From: Macrostomum lignano
Taxonomy: Eukaryota
Reading direction: 5' to 3'
Assembly (NCBI GenBank): GCA_002269645.1
Contig: NIVC01002533.1
Location: forward strand, 1 to 64,000
DNA: 64,000 nt
This document shows, piece by piece, positions 30,452 through 44,921 of the stretch (positions are counted from its first letter, which is position 1; every line of letters begins with the position of its first letter). The notes beneath the pieces were generated by a model. The model was not told the DNA's origin, ran no database searches, and saw nothing but the letters and a program-made list of their open reading frames with translations. The position numbers and the translations under genes were made by a program.

Positions 30452-30740
30452 ATGGGCTGCCGTGTCATCACCTGGCAGCCTTTCCGACTTTTTTCGACAT
30501 GATCTTTGTAGGTAAAGCGCGATATATGAGAAAGCACCATTTCTGTTTGTCCGTTGCTCAACTTGGTGGTGCCGCTATCTACACTTCCTATCAACGACGT
30601 CTACGAGAGACAGACGGTGTGTTTGTCTAGGCCGATGATATCGCCCTGCTGTCCTTTAACCTCTACGCGACGAGTGGTGCTTGGCATCACCCTTGTTGCC
30701 AACGGCTGTGCCGAACACGGGACATAGACTGTTTGACAGT
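30452..30740 (+). mobile_element. Shortened remnant of the Harbinger-associated insertion upstream of Ank2
   Basis: Matches 8605-8930 with deletions; absent upstream of Ank4. Confidence 0.6.
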
Positions 30741-31055
30741 CGCTACAGTTGCTGCTGCAGTACCCCCTTTCCCGCCAAAGGAGATGGACAAGTTGTAGAT
30801 CCTGTCTCAGTAATGAACTTCAGGAATACTCTTTTATATGTTTCAGTGCGAGAATATATTTCGGTCTACTCCGAGGCATAGAATATACTATCTATAGTCA
30901 GAATAAGTCTATTGCCAAAAGGTATTCATGCAGAGACACGCATATTCATATACCACACATATCAACAAGCAACTGTGTCCTTAGCAACGCCCAGGCAGCC
31001 ACATTTTGCCCAGAGGCCGATGGGAAGACAACAGAACTTCTCGTCATGTCAGCAT

Positions 31056-31138
31056 TACTACTAAGGACTCCCGTAAGGCCCCTTTTTGGAGGTGGGGTGG
31101 GTGTCAACGGGCTGGCGCTACGGGAGTCCTTAGTAGTA
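31056..31138. mobile_element. 83-bp hairpin / micro-MITE
   Basis: Perfect 20-bp inverted repeat TACTACTAAGGACTCCCGTA (31056-75) / TACGGGAGTCCTTAGTAGTA (31119-38), with TA at both ends. Confidence 0.6.
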
Positions 31139-31394
31139 GCATTTCATCTAGCTAGGAGTTCTAGTTTCTGATGCAGACATTGCTGCTGACTTGTCTGTGC
31201 TGCTTGAGGGCATTCTTGCGACTCATAGCCAACCAAAACGCGTCTAGCTGTAGAACGCCACGACCTCGAATTCGAAAAACTTGCTCGGGTAGCTAATGAA
31301 GTCTGTGTTGCTGCCTGCAAGATAGGTCACAAGCGGATCGTTAGTATGGAACTCTATCGCATCGCAGAACTGAGCTGGTAAGGCGATATTATTA

Positions 31395-32500
31395 AGTGTG
31401 CAAGGAGTGACTGGACCACGCACAAGTGTGCAGGAATAGCTGGAGCACGCACACGTGTGCAGGAATAGCTGGAGCACGCACAAGTGTGCAAGGAGTGACT
31501 GGACCACGCACAAGTGTGCAGGAGTGGCTGGAGCACGCACAAGTGTGCAGGAATGACTGGAGCACGCACAGGTGTGCAGGAATAGCTGGACCACGCACAA
31601 GTGTGCAGGAATAGCTGGAGCACGCACACGTGTGCAGGAATAGCTGGAGCACGCACAAGTGTGCAGGAATAGATGGACCACGCACAAGTGTGCAGGAATA
31701 GCTGGAGCACGCACAAGTGTGCAGGAATGGCTGGAGCACGCACAAGTGTGCAGGAATAGCTGGAGCACGCACAAGTGTGCAGGAATGGCTGGAGCACGCA
31801 TAGGTGTGCAGGAATGACTGGAGCACGCACAGGTGTGCAGTAATGGCTGGAGCACGCACAAGTGTGCAGGAATGGCTGGAGCACGCACAAGTGTGCAGGA
31901 ATAGCTGGACCACGCACAAGTGTGCAGGAATGGCTGGAGCACGCACAGGTGTGCAGGAATGACTGGAGCACGCACAGGTGTGCAGTAATGGCTGGAGCAC
32001 GCACAAGTGTGCAGCAATGGCTGGAGCACGCACAAGTGTGCAGGAATGGCTGGAGCACGCACAAGTGTGCAGGAATAGCTGGAGCACGCACAAGTGTGCA
32101 GGAATAGCTGGAGCACGCACAAGTGTGCAGGAATGGCTGGAGCACGCACAAGTGTGCAGGAATAGCTGGAGCACGCACACGTGTGCAGGAATAGCTGGAG
32201 CACGCACAAGTGTGCAGGAATGGCTGGAGCACGCATAGGTGTGCAGGAATGACTGGAGCACGCACAGGTGTGCAGTAATGGCTGGAGCACGCACAAGTGT
32301 GCAGGAATGGCTGGAGCACGCACAAGTGTGCAGGAATAGCTGGACCACGCACACGTGTGCAGGAATAGCTGGAGCACGCACAAGTGTGCAGGAATGACTG
32401 GAGCACGCACAGGTGTGCAGGAATGACTGGAGCACGCACAAGTGTGCAGGAATGACTGGAGCACGCACAGGTGTGCAGTAATGGCTGGAGCACGCACAGA
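31395..32500. repeat. 29-bp minisatellite GTGTGCAGGAATAGCTGGAGCACGCACAA (~38 copies)
   Basis: Direct reading; the three long minus-strand ORFs here arise because the unit lacks stop codons. Confidence 0.93.
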
Positions 32501-33724
32501 TGAGCAGGAGTTTTACTCCTGTACGCGTACGTGAATGATTCGAATTCACCCGAATAACACCCGAATTCGCTACTCGACGGACAGAATGCGCGATTGCAGC
32601 GCATCCACACCGAGGCGGATAGCTGCACAGGCACAGAGGAAGTCTGCTTGCGGATCGATCAATGACCCCTAGTTCTTGGCCTTCCTGACAGCCCATAACG
32701 ACACCATTTCTGCGCTAGGCGGCAAGCGTGGAGGTACCGGAAGTTACGTTGCACTCAACCGAAGAAATGCTGGTAAAGCGCGCAGCTGGTTTTCGCTGCG
32801 ATGGAAATCCGTAGCGATACTAATGCTGCTGTCTCAAGACGGTGCAATGCCTACGCTGCAGCGCCCCGGCTACGCGACGCCGGGGCACCCGACACTGCCA
32901 ACGGGGCGGACTTCGTCCGCTCTCAGGCTCTGCGGTGCGCCATGTGACGCACCCTGCTCTAACTGTTGTGTCAAGACTAGACGATATGTATGACTCATTT
33001 GACGCATCCTCTAGGCTGCTCCAGGTTGATCGAGTTCGAGCGTTCGTGCTTTCTTGCTTTCGTATCTGTCCGGGTTGCTGCCTAAGGTGCTGACATGTGA
33101 TGTGACGCCATGTGCTCGCCCTTGTGGATCAGGCAGGTCTGAAATGCTGCGACTCAAATCGCCACTGAGCTGCTTGTCGACTTCGCGGCAGCTCCTGGGT
33201 GCATCGATTGCGCATAACGCAAGCAAACACAAACGGCATGATTCTTAGCCGAAGATGCAAATCTTGTATTTCCAAATATATGTAGAGGGTGAAAACTAAT
33301 AAGTACAAATACTGAGACATAAAGGGTTTCAGGATACGAGATTATTATGAAGCACAATGTATTTAAAAATAACAGCTATGCAAAGTTTACGTGGAAATTC
33401 AAACACACAACTCATATAACTATAGCCGTGAGGTAATAAAAAGAGCAAAATGCAGATTTTATGAATTAATTATGGGATAAGCAGAAATTCTTCCAGATTA
33501 ATATATGTCCGCAAATTTTGCAATTTATACAAAACGCAGTAGACAGACAGTGCTCACCTCAGCCATGGAGCTGCCCGAGTCCTGCGTGCCGCAGATCTGC
33601 CTTCGGCTGCTCAAGGGCGGTTGAGTCACCCGATCGCTGCCGATGTGCTGAGGGAGCTGAGCTGAGTTTGAGATGCGTCTGAGAATGCAGAAGGGATTCG
33701 AAATGATGGTGAGGTAATAATGGA

Positions 33725-34725
<1,001 letters not shown>

Positions 34726-35356
34726 CACTCACCGGTTATTCGATTTTGTCAGGGTTGAGCAGCAGAAGTGTACTTGCAGTCAAATTGAATGAATTCTGGG
34801 CTGCTAATTTTACTTTGACTCACCGATGAGAACGAGTCGAATATCAGGGTGTGAAAGCCAACTTTATTTACCGTTTCAATTTAAGGAGGGGTGGAGCACT
34901 GATAAACGGGCCAGGCAAAAGCAAGACGAGTTGATAAGGTGAACAGATAAAGAAGGTTGGTTTCTGAGTACAGGTGAAATGGATAGGGCAAGGAGAGACA
35001 GATTTCGTAGATTGGTTTTTGTAAAAGACTGTGGTTTAGTGCTTAGAAAAACGTGGGGCTGCATGGCTCATTTTCAGAAGAACACTCGATGCCAATATTC
35101 AAAAGCAGAAGAGCGAAATGATGAATGAATTCAATTACATGACATTGAAATAAGGGAATATTTGGCCTGAGTGGTGAATGAACGTGAGCATAAGTAAATA
35201 ATATTAAACAATAGAACGAACGAGTCCGTCTCATTCCACGACAGTAATGTTTTCCCTATAGCTTTTCGGCTCGAAGATAGTTCAAGTTTGGCTTGGCCGT
35301 AAGTACTTAGGATTAGGAACTTTAGGTCAGGGAGCCATTAATTTACATATGTTGTC

Positions 35357-35818
35357 AGCACCTGACCGAGACACCTGACCGAGGCACCTGACCGAGACAC
35401 CTGACCGAGGCACCTGACCCAGGCACCTGACCCAGGCACCTGACCCAGGCACCCGACCGAGGCACCTGACCCAGGCACCCGACCGAGGCACCTGACCCAG
35501 GCACCTGACCCAGGCACCCGACCCAGGCACCCGACCCAGGCACCTGACCGAGGCACCTGACCGAGGCACCTGACCCAGGCACCTGACCGAGGCACCTGAC
35601 CGAGGCACCTGACCCAGGCACCTGACCCAGGCACCTGACCCAGGTACCTGACCCAGGCACCTGACCGAGGCACCTGACCCAGGCACCCGACCGAGGCACC
35701 TGACCCAGGCACCTGACTGAGACACCTGACCCAGGCACCTGACCCAGGCACCTGACCCAGGCACCTGACTGAGACACCTGACCCAGGCCTCCGACCGAGG
35801 CACCTGACCCAGGCGCCT
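35357..35818. repeat. 13-bp minisatellite GCACCTGACC(C/G)AG
   Basis: Direct reading. Confidence 0.92.
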
Positions 35819-37080
35819 GGCGAGCAATCCTATGAGTCATGCGAGTCCACTGCCCACTGCAAGAGAATAACTGATGGGGCAAGAAGAGAGTCTGGAGCTG
35901 GCCTAAGTCAAATATGTCTCTGGATTGGAACGTTTGCCTCTGTTTAAGACACCAACCCGACTCGGCTCACAGTATGCCGCTGCACATCACGAGAGACGCT
36001 TGAGCAGCTCACAACGAGAAGTTCGGCTGACAACGAGTCCTGTGAATGGCACTGCGGCAATATGGCTAATCAATAAGGCTACGAGCGGGTCTGCACAGAG
36101 GCAAGAAAGTCTCAAAAGTTGCCCTGGCACAAGACGGCTCGATAAGAGTCAGCCGAGCCGAGCAAAAAGCGAAAAGCACCTGAGAACACAGGGGTGACTG
36201 CACGATAAGACAAGCCAGCCTAGCCGGGTCCGAGCGGGAGAACTGCCAACAGCATCAGCAGGCAAAAACAAGGGAGATCGGAGCGAGCACAGCTCGACTT
36301 GTGTATGAACTGACTTTTGCCCTTTTGTGAAGAAAGCGCTAATTTAGGCTTTATGCCAAGTGATAAACTCTCGTTCTACGTATGCACGCGCTTGACTAAT
36401 TTTGGAAGGGCAGAAAATCATTCGATATGCGCTGTTTCAGACTTTCATATCTTTTGCGTTTTCCTGTGATGTGATTACAACACTTTACGGTCTCTTCAGT
36501 AATCATCGACCTCTCTCGCCTCCAGCCTGTCATCTTGTCTCTAATCTCTCGTCTCCTCTTTCCTCTTCTCTGCCCTCTCTATTATCCCTCCTTTTTCTCT
36601 CACCTGGCAAGCCGCCGTGGTCAAAATTATTTACCTGGCCCTTGGGGTAAAAATGCTCCTGGTTTAAACCCTTGGTAGTGTGCATGTACACATGTAGTAG
36701 CTATTGACGATGTACATGTAGCAATTCAATATTACACTGCCTGTATTGTATTATATTATCTAGCATGATATTTTCTAATTTAAAATACGATTTTAAAAAA
36801 CGAGCATCCAGTAAGTGGGGCGGCGAAAACCTCTTACAACTTTATACATATTGTTTTTTACATACAATTCTGCTCACGAGCATCATAAGGTAAGCAGTAA
36901 TTTTTTAATCTTTTATAAAACTCTATAAATCTTATTATACAATTTATAACTCTAAGTCAAAGTATATATTTTTCAGCAATTGTCAGTAAAGCAGGACGGT
37001 GACTGCCCAAACATTTCCAAAGCAAAATTTGGCTCAGCTGCTCAGTAATGTGCATGATTTTTGTCCTGAATACAATAGTT

Positions 37081-38050
37081 ACTGCTACACCTTTCTGCGT
37101 TCGACTTCCTTAAAACTGCATTCCATTTCGGCAAACTGGCTTTCATTTTCGGCATCAGCTAGGGCCGCACATCCAAACTGCATTCGAATTCGACAAACCG
37201 AGAAAAGATTTCGGCAAACTGCACTCCATTTCGGCCACTTGAGTTTCTATTTAGACGAACTGATATTCAAATTCGACAAACTGCGTTCAATTTCGGCAAC
37301 TCGAGTTTCTATTTAGACAAACTGATATTCAAATTCGACAAACTGCCTTCAATTTCGGCAGCCAGCGCCTCGAGCCACAGACTGTCTATGGAAACAGACG
37401 CATCTAAACCCAAAACTGCATTCAATTTCGGCAAACTGCACTCAATTTCGACAGCGCCAATCTAAAAGGGAATAAAGACAGAAGAGTGGAATTTCTTAGA
37501 GTCTGCACAAGTACAGCATTTGGAGTGCAGTTAAGGTGTATGTAATTGAACGCACAAAAACCTGTGCACTCATCAGCAAGCAGTAGCTGCCATCTGCCTG
37601 GCAATGTCTCCACAGGCTGGACTTGTGCTACGTGAGGGGAATTACGAAGGAGTTGTTTGCGCGTTCAATTACACCTTAACTGCACTCCAGATGCAGTACT
37701 TGTGCAGACTCTAAGAAATCCCACTCTTCTGTCTTTATTCCCTTTTAGATTGGCGCTGTCGAAATTGAGTGCAGTTTGCCGAATTTGAATATCAGTTTGT
37801 CTAAATAGAAACTCGAGCTGTCGAAATTGAGTGCAGTTTTCCGAATCGTTTCTCGGTTTGTCGAATTCGAATGCAGTTTGGATGTGCGGCCAAAGCTGAT
37901 GCCGAAGATGAAAGCCAGTTTGCCGAAGATGAAAGCCAGTTTGCCGAAGATGAAAGCCAGTTTGCCGAAGATGAAAGCCAGTTTGCCGAAGATGAAAGCC
38001 AGTTTGCAGAAGATGAAAGCCAGTTTGCCGAAATAGAACGCAAAAAGGTG
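37081..38050. repeat. ~1-kb imperfect palindrome (foldback-like) with internal degenerate 20-21-mers
   Basis: 37427-37553 is the near-perfect reverse complement of ~37660-37782. Similarity continues outward to ACTGCTACACC / GGTGTAGCAGC. Confidence 0.8.
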
Positions 38051-41000
38051 TAGCAGCAAGCTGTGAAACAACACTGATAGCTGCATTTTCGGAAGTTTCG
38101 AATGCGATTTTAAAAGTTGGTTGACTTTGTTATAACCTGAGTTTGCCGGAACTGTAAATGTCATGCAGGGGTCGAACAGTAATGTGTCCGAATGCCGATC
38201 CAACGATTTGGATGATACGGGTGAGTCGTGCAGTCACACCGTTGGTATTTCGTGTACATGCGAATGTACGCATAAAGTATGAATTGTTGCTCACTGGGTT
38301 GCACGATGGAGCCGATTTTAGTGCAGAAATTTTCATGCTCACTTTGAATATCAAAACTGTGAGTATCTACCGGCGCTCGGATGTTGGAGGCGGCGGTCAC
38401 ATTTGGCTGTGACTTCACGCGTCATCACGAACCCAAGCACAATGTAGCAATCATCTATGCTAAAACTTACAATATCCGCACGCGCTGCTGTGCATTGAAA
38501 CTGCTGCGTGGCTTGCAGAAAAAACTGTTTAAACGACACACAGAAAATAGCCTGCACAAAACCTTTGAGTTCAACTAAAGTCCCATCCTTTTTGCGATCT
38601 CGCTCTACATCTGTCTACCTATCTACTTCTCTCTCCTCCTCTCTAACTCTCTCTCTCCCTCCCTTCCTCTATCACTCTCCCCCTCTCTCTACCTGTCTCT
38701 CGAGCGTTCTCGGAGAAACTGACGGCCCGCAGCCAAAGAATCCTTTGCGCATCTTTCGTACGAGCGGATACAGGCTGCAGTTGACAACGCCGTCCGGTCA
38801 ATCACAGCAGCCGTTCGGACACTGGCGGGGGCGCAAGAGGCGCCTGGCGCTGAACCTGGCCGGCAGAGAAGCGCAGGAAAAACTGCGTCACAATTCTTCG
38901 CCGGTATTGAGAACGCCGCCGCTGCCCGCCAACTTTGCTTTACCGACACACATTCTGAGGAGAAGTTCTGCATAAGGGGTGGGTGTTCCTATGCAGGCTC
39001 CCTCGTATTCAGAAAGCAGGAGCCGAAGCTGTCCAGTATCTCTGCTGGTCAGTGGATCGCGGCTAAATTGGTCATCCTGCAAAAGCTGATCAAGGAAAAA
39101 CTCCCCGCGACTACTGGACGCACTGATGGTCTCCTGACTGACGTCCTTGGCTAGCTTGACTACAATCGCAAGATTGGAGAGCTGCTGGCCGAACTTTGTG
39201 TGATGGCCTGGGCTGGGGATCGCTCCGCAGCCCTGGCCATATGGTCTGCCGCTCCCACTGACTATGCTTGTTTGCACTCTGTTTGTTCCCCTCACTGACT
39301 CACCGGAGTCACCCCTTCTGAACACTTCCCCCATGCTACGTATGCACCATTCGTACGCGTGTTCCATGCATCGTGCCACAGCGCACCTGGCTATGTTGGG
39401 GCCCAGGAGCCCACAAATATATGGCAAAGCTAGACGATACGGTCTGGTTTACATCTCTTATTCCTGTCTGCCACTCGGGAGCCAATTCCCAGTGCATAGC
39501 GAATCAAGACTTCGTTCTCGAATCATTACACTTTGGACTCGATTTAGTCTGAGGATTTGACCGACGACAGAGCGTGTCGCTCCTGACTCCAGTATGAGAC
39601 CATGCAGTCCGCTCCTTCTACTCCTACTTTTGCAGCTGCCATTCTGACGTGTCAATCAACTTAAATAAAACAAAAATAGGCTGAAATAATTTTCAGTTCC
39701 AAAGTCATCGCCAAATCGTTGATAGCGTTGAGTTTTGTACGATATGTACTTTAATTCATTGTAGGTAAAAATCGATCAGGAAATAAAAATGGATCAGCAA
39801 ACCAGCTCACATCTGAGCATACCAGTCTACAAGAGCAAAAACAGGCAGTTATGTACGATATGTACTTTAATTCATTGTAGGTAAAAATCGATCAGGAAAT
39901 AAAAATGGATCAGCAAACCAGCTCACATCTGAGCATACCAGTCTACAAGAGCAAAAACAGGCAGTCGCTGACACTAAGGGAGGCCGTGAGGTCGCTGGCA
40001 GCAGCGGGTCCGGTCGGTCGCAGTTCACGGAGCAGTCGGTGCCGCTGGCCCAGCCGAAGCTGGCGACAATTTTGGCCAGTAAAAGGAATCGGGGAGGTCA
40101 GCCTACTGGAAATGGTCGGAAAGGGCAAGTGCAAGTGCATGGTAGCGATGAAGCTGCATTGCAGATTCCCATTGACGCCTCGAAAGGCGGGCAAGCAAGA
40201 CTGGGATTGGAGGGTGGGGAAGCTTATCCAAGAGCATGCATCACGTGACCGCTGAACAGACCTTGAATTCCGCTGCTTAAGCAACCAGTGACGTCATCAC
40301 ACGAGTGCAGCCGCGATTGGCTGGGGTGCGATGAGAGTTCGGGATCGTGGCACCATCAAGGCGTGCAAATAAGAGATCGCTACACAAAGTAAAACAAATT
40401 GGGGCATAAAATTGATTAATAAATAGTCACAAAAATCTGAATAAGCATGCGTAAGCCTGAGTAAAACAAACGGAGGTTTAATATTTTAGTCAAAAGATTC
40501 GTTCACACTGCCACAAGATGAACATCGCTTTTGAGTGCAGATTCCACGTCTTTTAAATATTTTCTTGTTTCTCTGTCCGTGCATAAGTCTCATGGTTTGG
40601 TGGCACTTTTCACTTTTCATGGCAGTCTAAACGCGTCTTAATTGACATGCCTAGGTGGGTCATGTTAGTAGTGAGTTGCGCGCACTCAGTGTCAGACACC
40701 CAGTGTCTGAAGCCACTGTAAATAAGAGCATGAGTTTTACGAACAGACAGCAATCAGTCAACGAAAAATAAACAACTTAGCATTAGCGACGCACAAAACT
40801 GATTAAATAAATCTGTGTTACCAAAATTTATTACTGCGATCATTTATGAAACAGATAAAATATTGGGAGGTCTAACGAAACAAAGTCTTTAAAAAAATTC
40901 ATGGCTTCGGTACTACTTCACACTACAACAGCGTCTGAGATATTATCAAATAAGTCTTCAAAAGTTTGTAAGATAATAAACAGTCAAAGCAAAGGTAAAA

Positions 41001-41613
41001 GGTGAGAAATACTCATATGCGTGCATATTGAATCAGTATAAGAGAAACTAATAGAATTCGACCGCACGTACTAGTTCTCGTATATCTACTCCGCAACCAT
41101 TATTTAGTAGTAGATTCTGGTGAAAAACCAAATAGGACTCCCAGTGCCAATGAAAAATCCGCATTTGAAAGTCCTATTTAGCAGCATTTTGCAGTGTCAA
41201 CCACAGAAATACACAGAAACGTCAGCCAGCACTCGCACAGAACTTGCTGACGTTCGCTTTCTACGAGCTACCTCTATTGATGAGAAGCCATGCTCAGCAA
41301 TAAATTATACCAGCTGAATTCGCTTGGCGGTTCAACCGGATAATACCTGTTGAAGTTCTCTTACTTGTACCTTACCGTTGAATCCATGAATGTCAACGAA
41401 TCTATTTGGACTACTCATAAGTTATCATCATCCGTCAAATAAGTGGGCTGATTACGGGAAAATAAACGGACCAATCCGTGCATATTCCTCGGTATGTGAG
41501 CGTAACAATGGAATTAAAAAAGATCACCAACAAAAAAACGCGTGTTGCTTTCCCAATAGCCTAAAATATGCACTATTAACATAAAAACAGTTGTAAGTGC
41601 CCAAAAAGCAGTT

Positions 41614-43695
41614 TTAGCGAACTAATCTTGACAGTCGATCGAAAATTTGCCTGCTCTGACGTAGTTTGCAGATTGATAAAGCAGACCGACGTGAACTATC
41701 AGTATCAGTGAGACAGTCTGGTCCGAGCTCGTTCACCAGCCACTCGAGTGCTGAGCTGCTCACAGTATTGAAAGCAGCCCAGTGCACTGCAGTCCTGTTG
41801 ATCATTCCTCTCAGCTTGAAACACTCGACTCCATTCATCTTCTCTTTGATGAACTGCATTGATTCCGCCTTCTGGAACTGAGCCGCAATGTGGATGACTG
41901 TGTCATTGTCTGCATCTCTGTCAGTGAGACAGTCTGGTCCGAGCTCGTTCACCAGCCACTCGAGTGCTGATCTGCTCACTTTATTGAAAGCAGCACAGTG
42001 CACTGCAGTCCTGTTTCGCATTCCTCTCAGCTTGAAACACTCGACTCCATTCATCTTCTGTTTGATGAACTGCATTGATTCCGCCTTCTGGAACTGAGCC
42101 GCAATGTGGATGACTGTGTCATTGTCTGCATCTCTGTCAGTGAGACAGTCTGGTCCGAGCTCGTTCACCAGCCACTCGAGTGCTGATCTGCTCACTTTAT
42201 TGAAAGCAGCACAGTGCACTGCTGTCATGTTCTTCCATCCTCTCAGCTTGAAACACTCGACTCCATTCATCTTCTGTTTGATGAACTGCATTGATTCCGC
42301 CTTCTGGAACTCAGCCGCAATGTGGATGACTGTGTCATTGTTTGCATCTCTGTCAGTGAGACAGTCTGGTCCGAGCTCGTTCACCAGCCACTCGAGTGCT
42401 GAGCTGCTCACAGCATTGCAAGCAGCCCAGTGCACTGCAGTCCTGTTGTTGAATCCTCTCAGCTTGAAACACTCGACTCCATTCATCTTCTCTTTGATGA
42501 ACTGCATTGATTCCGCCTTCTGGAACTCAGCCGCAATGTGGATGACTGTGTCATTGTCTGCATCTCTGTCAGTGAGACAGTCTGGTCCGAGCTCGTTCAC
42601 CAGCCACTCGAGTGCTGAGCTGCTCACTTTATTGCATGCAGCACAGTGCACTGTAGTCTTGTTTTGCCTTCCTCTCAGCTTGAAACACTCGACTCCATTC
42701 ATCTTCTGTTTGATGAACTGCATTGATTCCGCCTTCTGGAACTCAGCCGCAATGTGGATGACTGTGTTATTGTTTGCATCTCTGTCAAGAAGACAGTCTG
42801 GTCCGAGCTCGTTCACCAGCCACTCGAGTGCTGAGCTGCTCACAGCATTGAAAGCAGCATAGTGCACTGCAGTTCTGTTTTGAAATCCACTCATCTTGAA
42901 ACACTCGACTCCATTCATCTTCTCTTTGATGAACTGCATTGATTCCGCCTTTTGGAACTGAGCCGCAATGTGGATGACTGTGTCATTGTTTGCATCTCTG
43001 TCAGTGAGACAGTCTGGTCCGAGCTCGTTCACCAGCCACTCGAGTGTTGAGCTGCTCACTTCATTGCAAGCAGCACAATGCACTGCAGTCATGTTGTTAA
43101 TTCCTCTCAGCTTGAAACACTCGACTCCATTCATCTTCTCTTTGATGAACTGCATTGATTCCGCCTTCTGGAACTGAGCCGCAGTGTGGATGACTGTGTT
43201 ATTGTTTGCATCTCTGTCAGTGAGACAGTCCGCTTCGAGTTCGAACATCAGCCATTGGAATGTCGATCCATGATCTGTGAGATTCTCAGCTGCCCTATGC
43301 ATCACTGTTTTCTGCCTGCTATCTCTTGCTTCGAATGGGTTCCAGTCCGCTTCTGCTGCCTGCAGCTTCTGTTTCAGGAACTCCATCGTCTCCGCAGTCT
43401 GACTCTTTGCTGCCAGGTGAGTCACCGAGTCGCCATCGCTATCAACCAGCCGAAATATGTCGACCCCGTGCCCCATCTCCAGTAATCGAAGAACCGGCAG
43501 TCCGTCTCTGTCCCGAGCTGCAGCAAATATGACGCCTTTGGCGAAGTCTTCTCCAGGTCCGACGATGCTCTCGGACACCTGGAACAGCAGATCATCAGTC
43601 AGCCGTTCGTCTCCGGCTGCTACCGCCTGCTTGATCTGCCTAAAGAGATGCTGAGAGGCCTCGTATTCGCTGAACTCGCTGGGACTCAGAGCTCT
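41614..43695 (-). CDS. Ankyrin-repeat gene copy Ank3, main exon; 7 x 72-aa units; short C-tail
   Basis: Uninterrupted ORF 41614-43578 (654 aa = 117 + 7x72 + 33), open back to the acceptor at 43695. Putative exon 1 at 43809-43883. Confidence 0.9.
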   Translation of the reverse strand, partial: RALSPSEFSEYEASQHLFRQIKQAVAAGDERLTDDLLFQVSESIVGPGEDFAKGVIFAAARDRDGLPVLRLLEMGHGVDIFRLVDSDGDSVTHLAAKSQTAETMEFLKQKLQAAEADWNPFEARDSRQKTVMHRAAENLTDHGSTFQWLMFELEADCLTDRDANNNTVIHTAAQFQKAESMQFIKEKMNGVECFKLRGINNMTAVHCAACNEVSSSTLEWLVNELGPDCLTDRDANNDTVIHIAAQFQKAESMQFIKEKMNGVECFKMSGFQNRTAVHYAAFNAVSSSALEWLVNELGPDCLLDRDANNNTVIHIAAEFQKAESMQFIKQKMNGVECFKLRGRQNKTTVHCAACNKVSSSALEWLVNELGPDCLTDRDADNDTVIHIAAEFQKAESMQFIKEKMNGVECFKLRGFNNRTAVHWAACNAVSSSALEWLVNELGPDCLTDRDANNDTVIHIAAEFQKAESMQFIKQKMNGVECFKLRGWKNMTAVHCAAFNKVSRSALEWLVNELGPDCLTDRDADNDTVIHIAAQFQKAESMQFIKQKMNGVECFKLRGMRNRTAVHCAAFNKVSRSALEWLVNELGPDCLTDRDADNDTVIHIAAQFQKAESMQFIKEKMNGVECFKLRGMINRTAVHWAAFNTVSSSALEWLVNELGPDCLTDTDSSRRSALSICKLRQSRQIFDRLSRLVR

Positions 43696-43886
43696 CTGAA
43701 ATCGGATTAGGCAGATAGTTATAATTAGGCTAGGGTAATTAAAGGCCTATGATATTGGCTGTGAAACTTAAGGACATATAGGTAAATTGGGAAGGGCAGA
43801 GCAGAAACATTTTCGCTCGGTTCGGTCGTGAGTGTCGTGCTATGTGACTGCAAAGTGGCAGAGCAGTTGTTTTCCGCTATCATGTT

Positions 43887-44920
43887 GATGGGCTGCCGTG
43901 TCATCACCTGGCAGCCTTTCCGACTTTTTTCGACATGATCTTTGTAGGTAAAGCGCGATATATGAGAAAGCACCATTTCTGTTTGTCCGTTGCTCAACTT
44001 GGTGGTGCCGCTATCTACACTTCCTATCAACGACGTCTACGAGTACTCTCTGCTTCGGCGGGGTGTATGCAGAAACTAGCAGAATTCGCGAGAGACAGCC
44101 GATGATATCGCCCTGCTGTCCTTTAACCTCTACGCGACAGGTGGTGCTTGGCATCACCCTTGTTGCCAACGGCTGTGCCGAAATCGGGACATAGACTATT
44201 TGACAGTCGCTACGAACAACTTTGTTAGTTTTCCTAGGAGCCACGTTGAAATCAATCAGACCATGGCCGGGTTCCATTTGATTGCCGAACTGCCACATGT
44301 CATTGGTGTTATCGACTGCACAAATGTCGCTATCAAGAGTCCAACTAACAATGAGTATGTTTTTGAGAACAGAAAATCGTTTTATTCTATTAATGTTCAA
44401 GCTGTGTGCAGTGTCTCAATGTCATTCACGAACATTCTAGTACGCTGGCCGAGAAGTACACACGATTCTTTCATATTCAACAACTCTGCATTAAAGGAGA
44501 TTCTATCAGAAGTGTTAGTGGCAGTATTCCTCGTCGGTGATAGTGGATATCCTCTGAGACCATTTCTCATGAAGGTTTTCGACACTCCAAAAGAGATGCA
44601 AGAGAGACCGACTTCAACCGGAGGCTGCGACAAACTCGGGTGAAAATAGAATGTTCATTCGGGATTCTAAAGTCTCGATTTTAATGCCTGAATCGTCATT
44701 CCGCAAGTCTCCGATTCCATCCGAGCAAGTTTTGCTTGATAATAAGCGCCTGTTTTGTGCTGCATAACATTGCGATCAACAGAGGAGTTCCACTGGTTGT
44801 GCCGATCCAGCCTGACATCAATGACGAACCGGAGGATGTTGGCGTCGATGATATTGGAGCTAGAAGAGCCGAGCGAATTCGCATCGTACATTTGATACAA
44901 CATGCAAGTAATCAGTAAAG
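43887..44920 (+). mobile_element. Harbinger transposase remnant (duplicate of 8605-9640)
   Basis: ORF 44200-44643 carries the same DDE-family motifs. Confidence 0.85.
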
Positions 44921-44921
44921 A

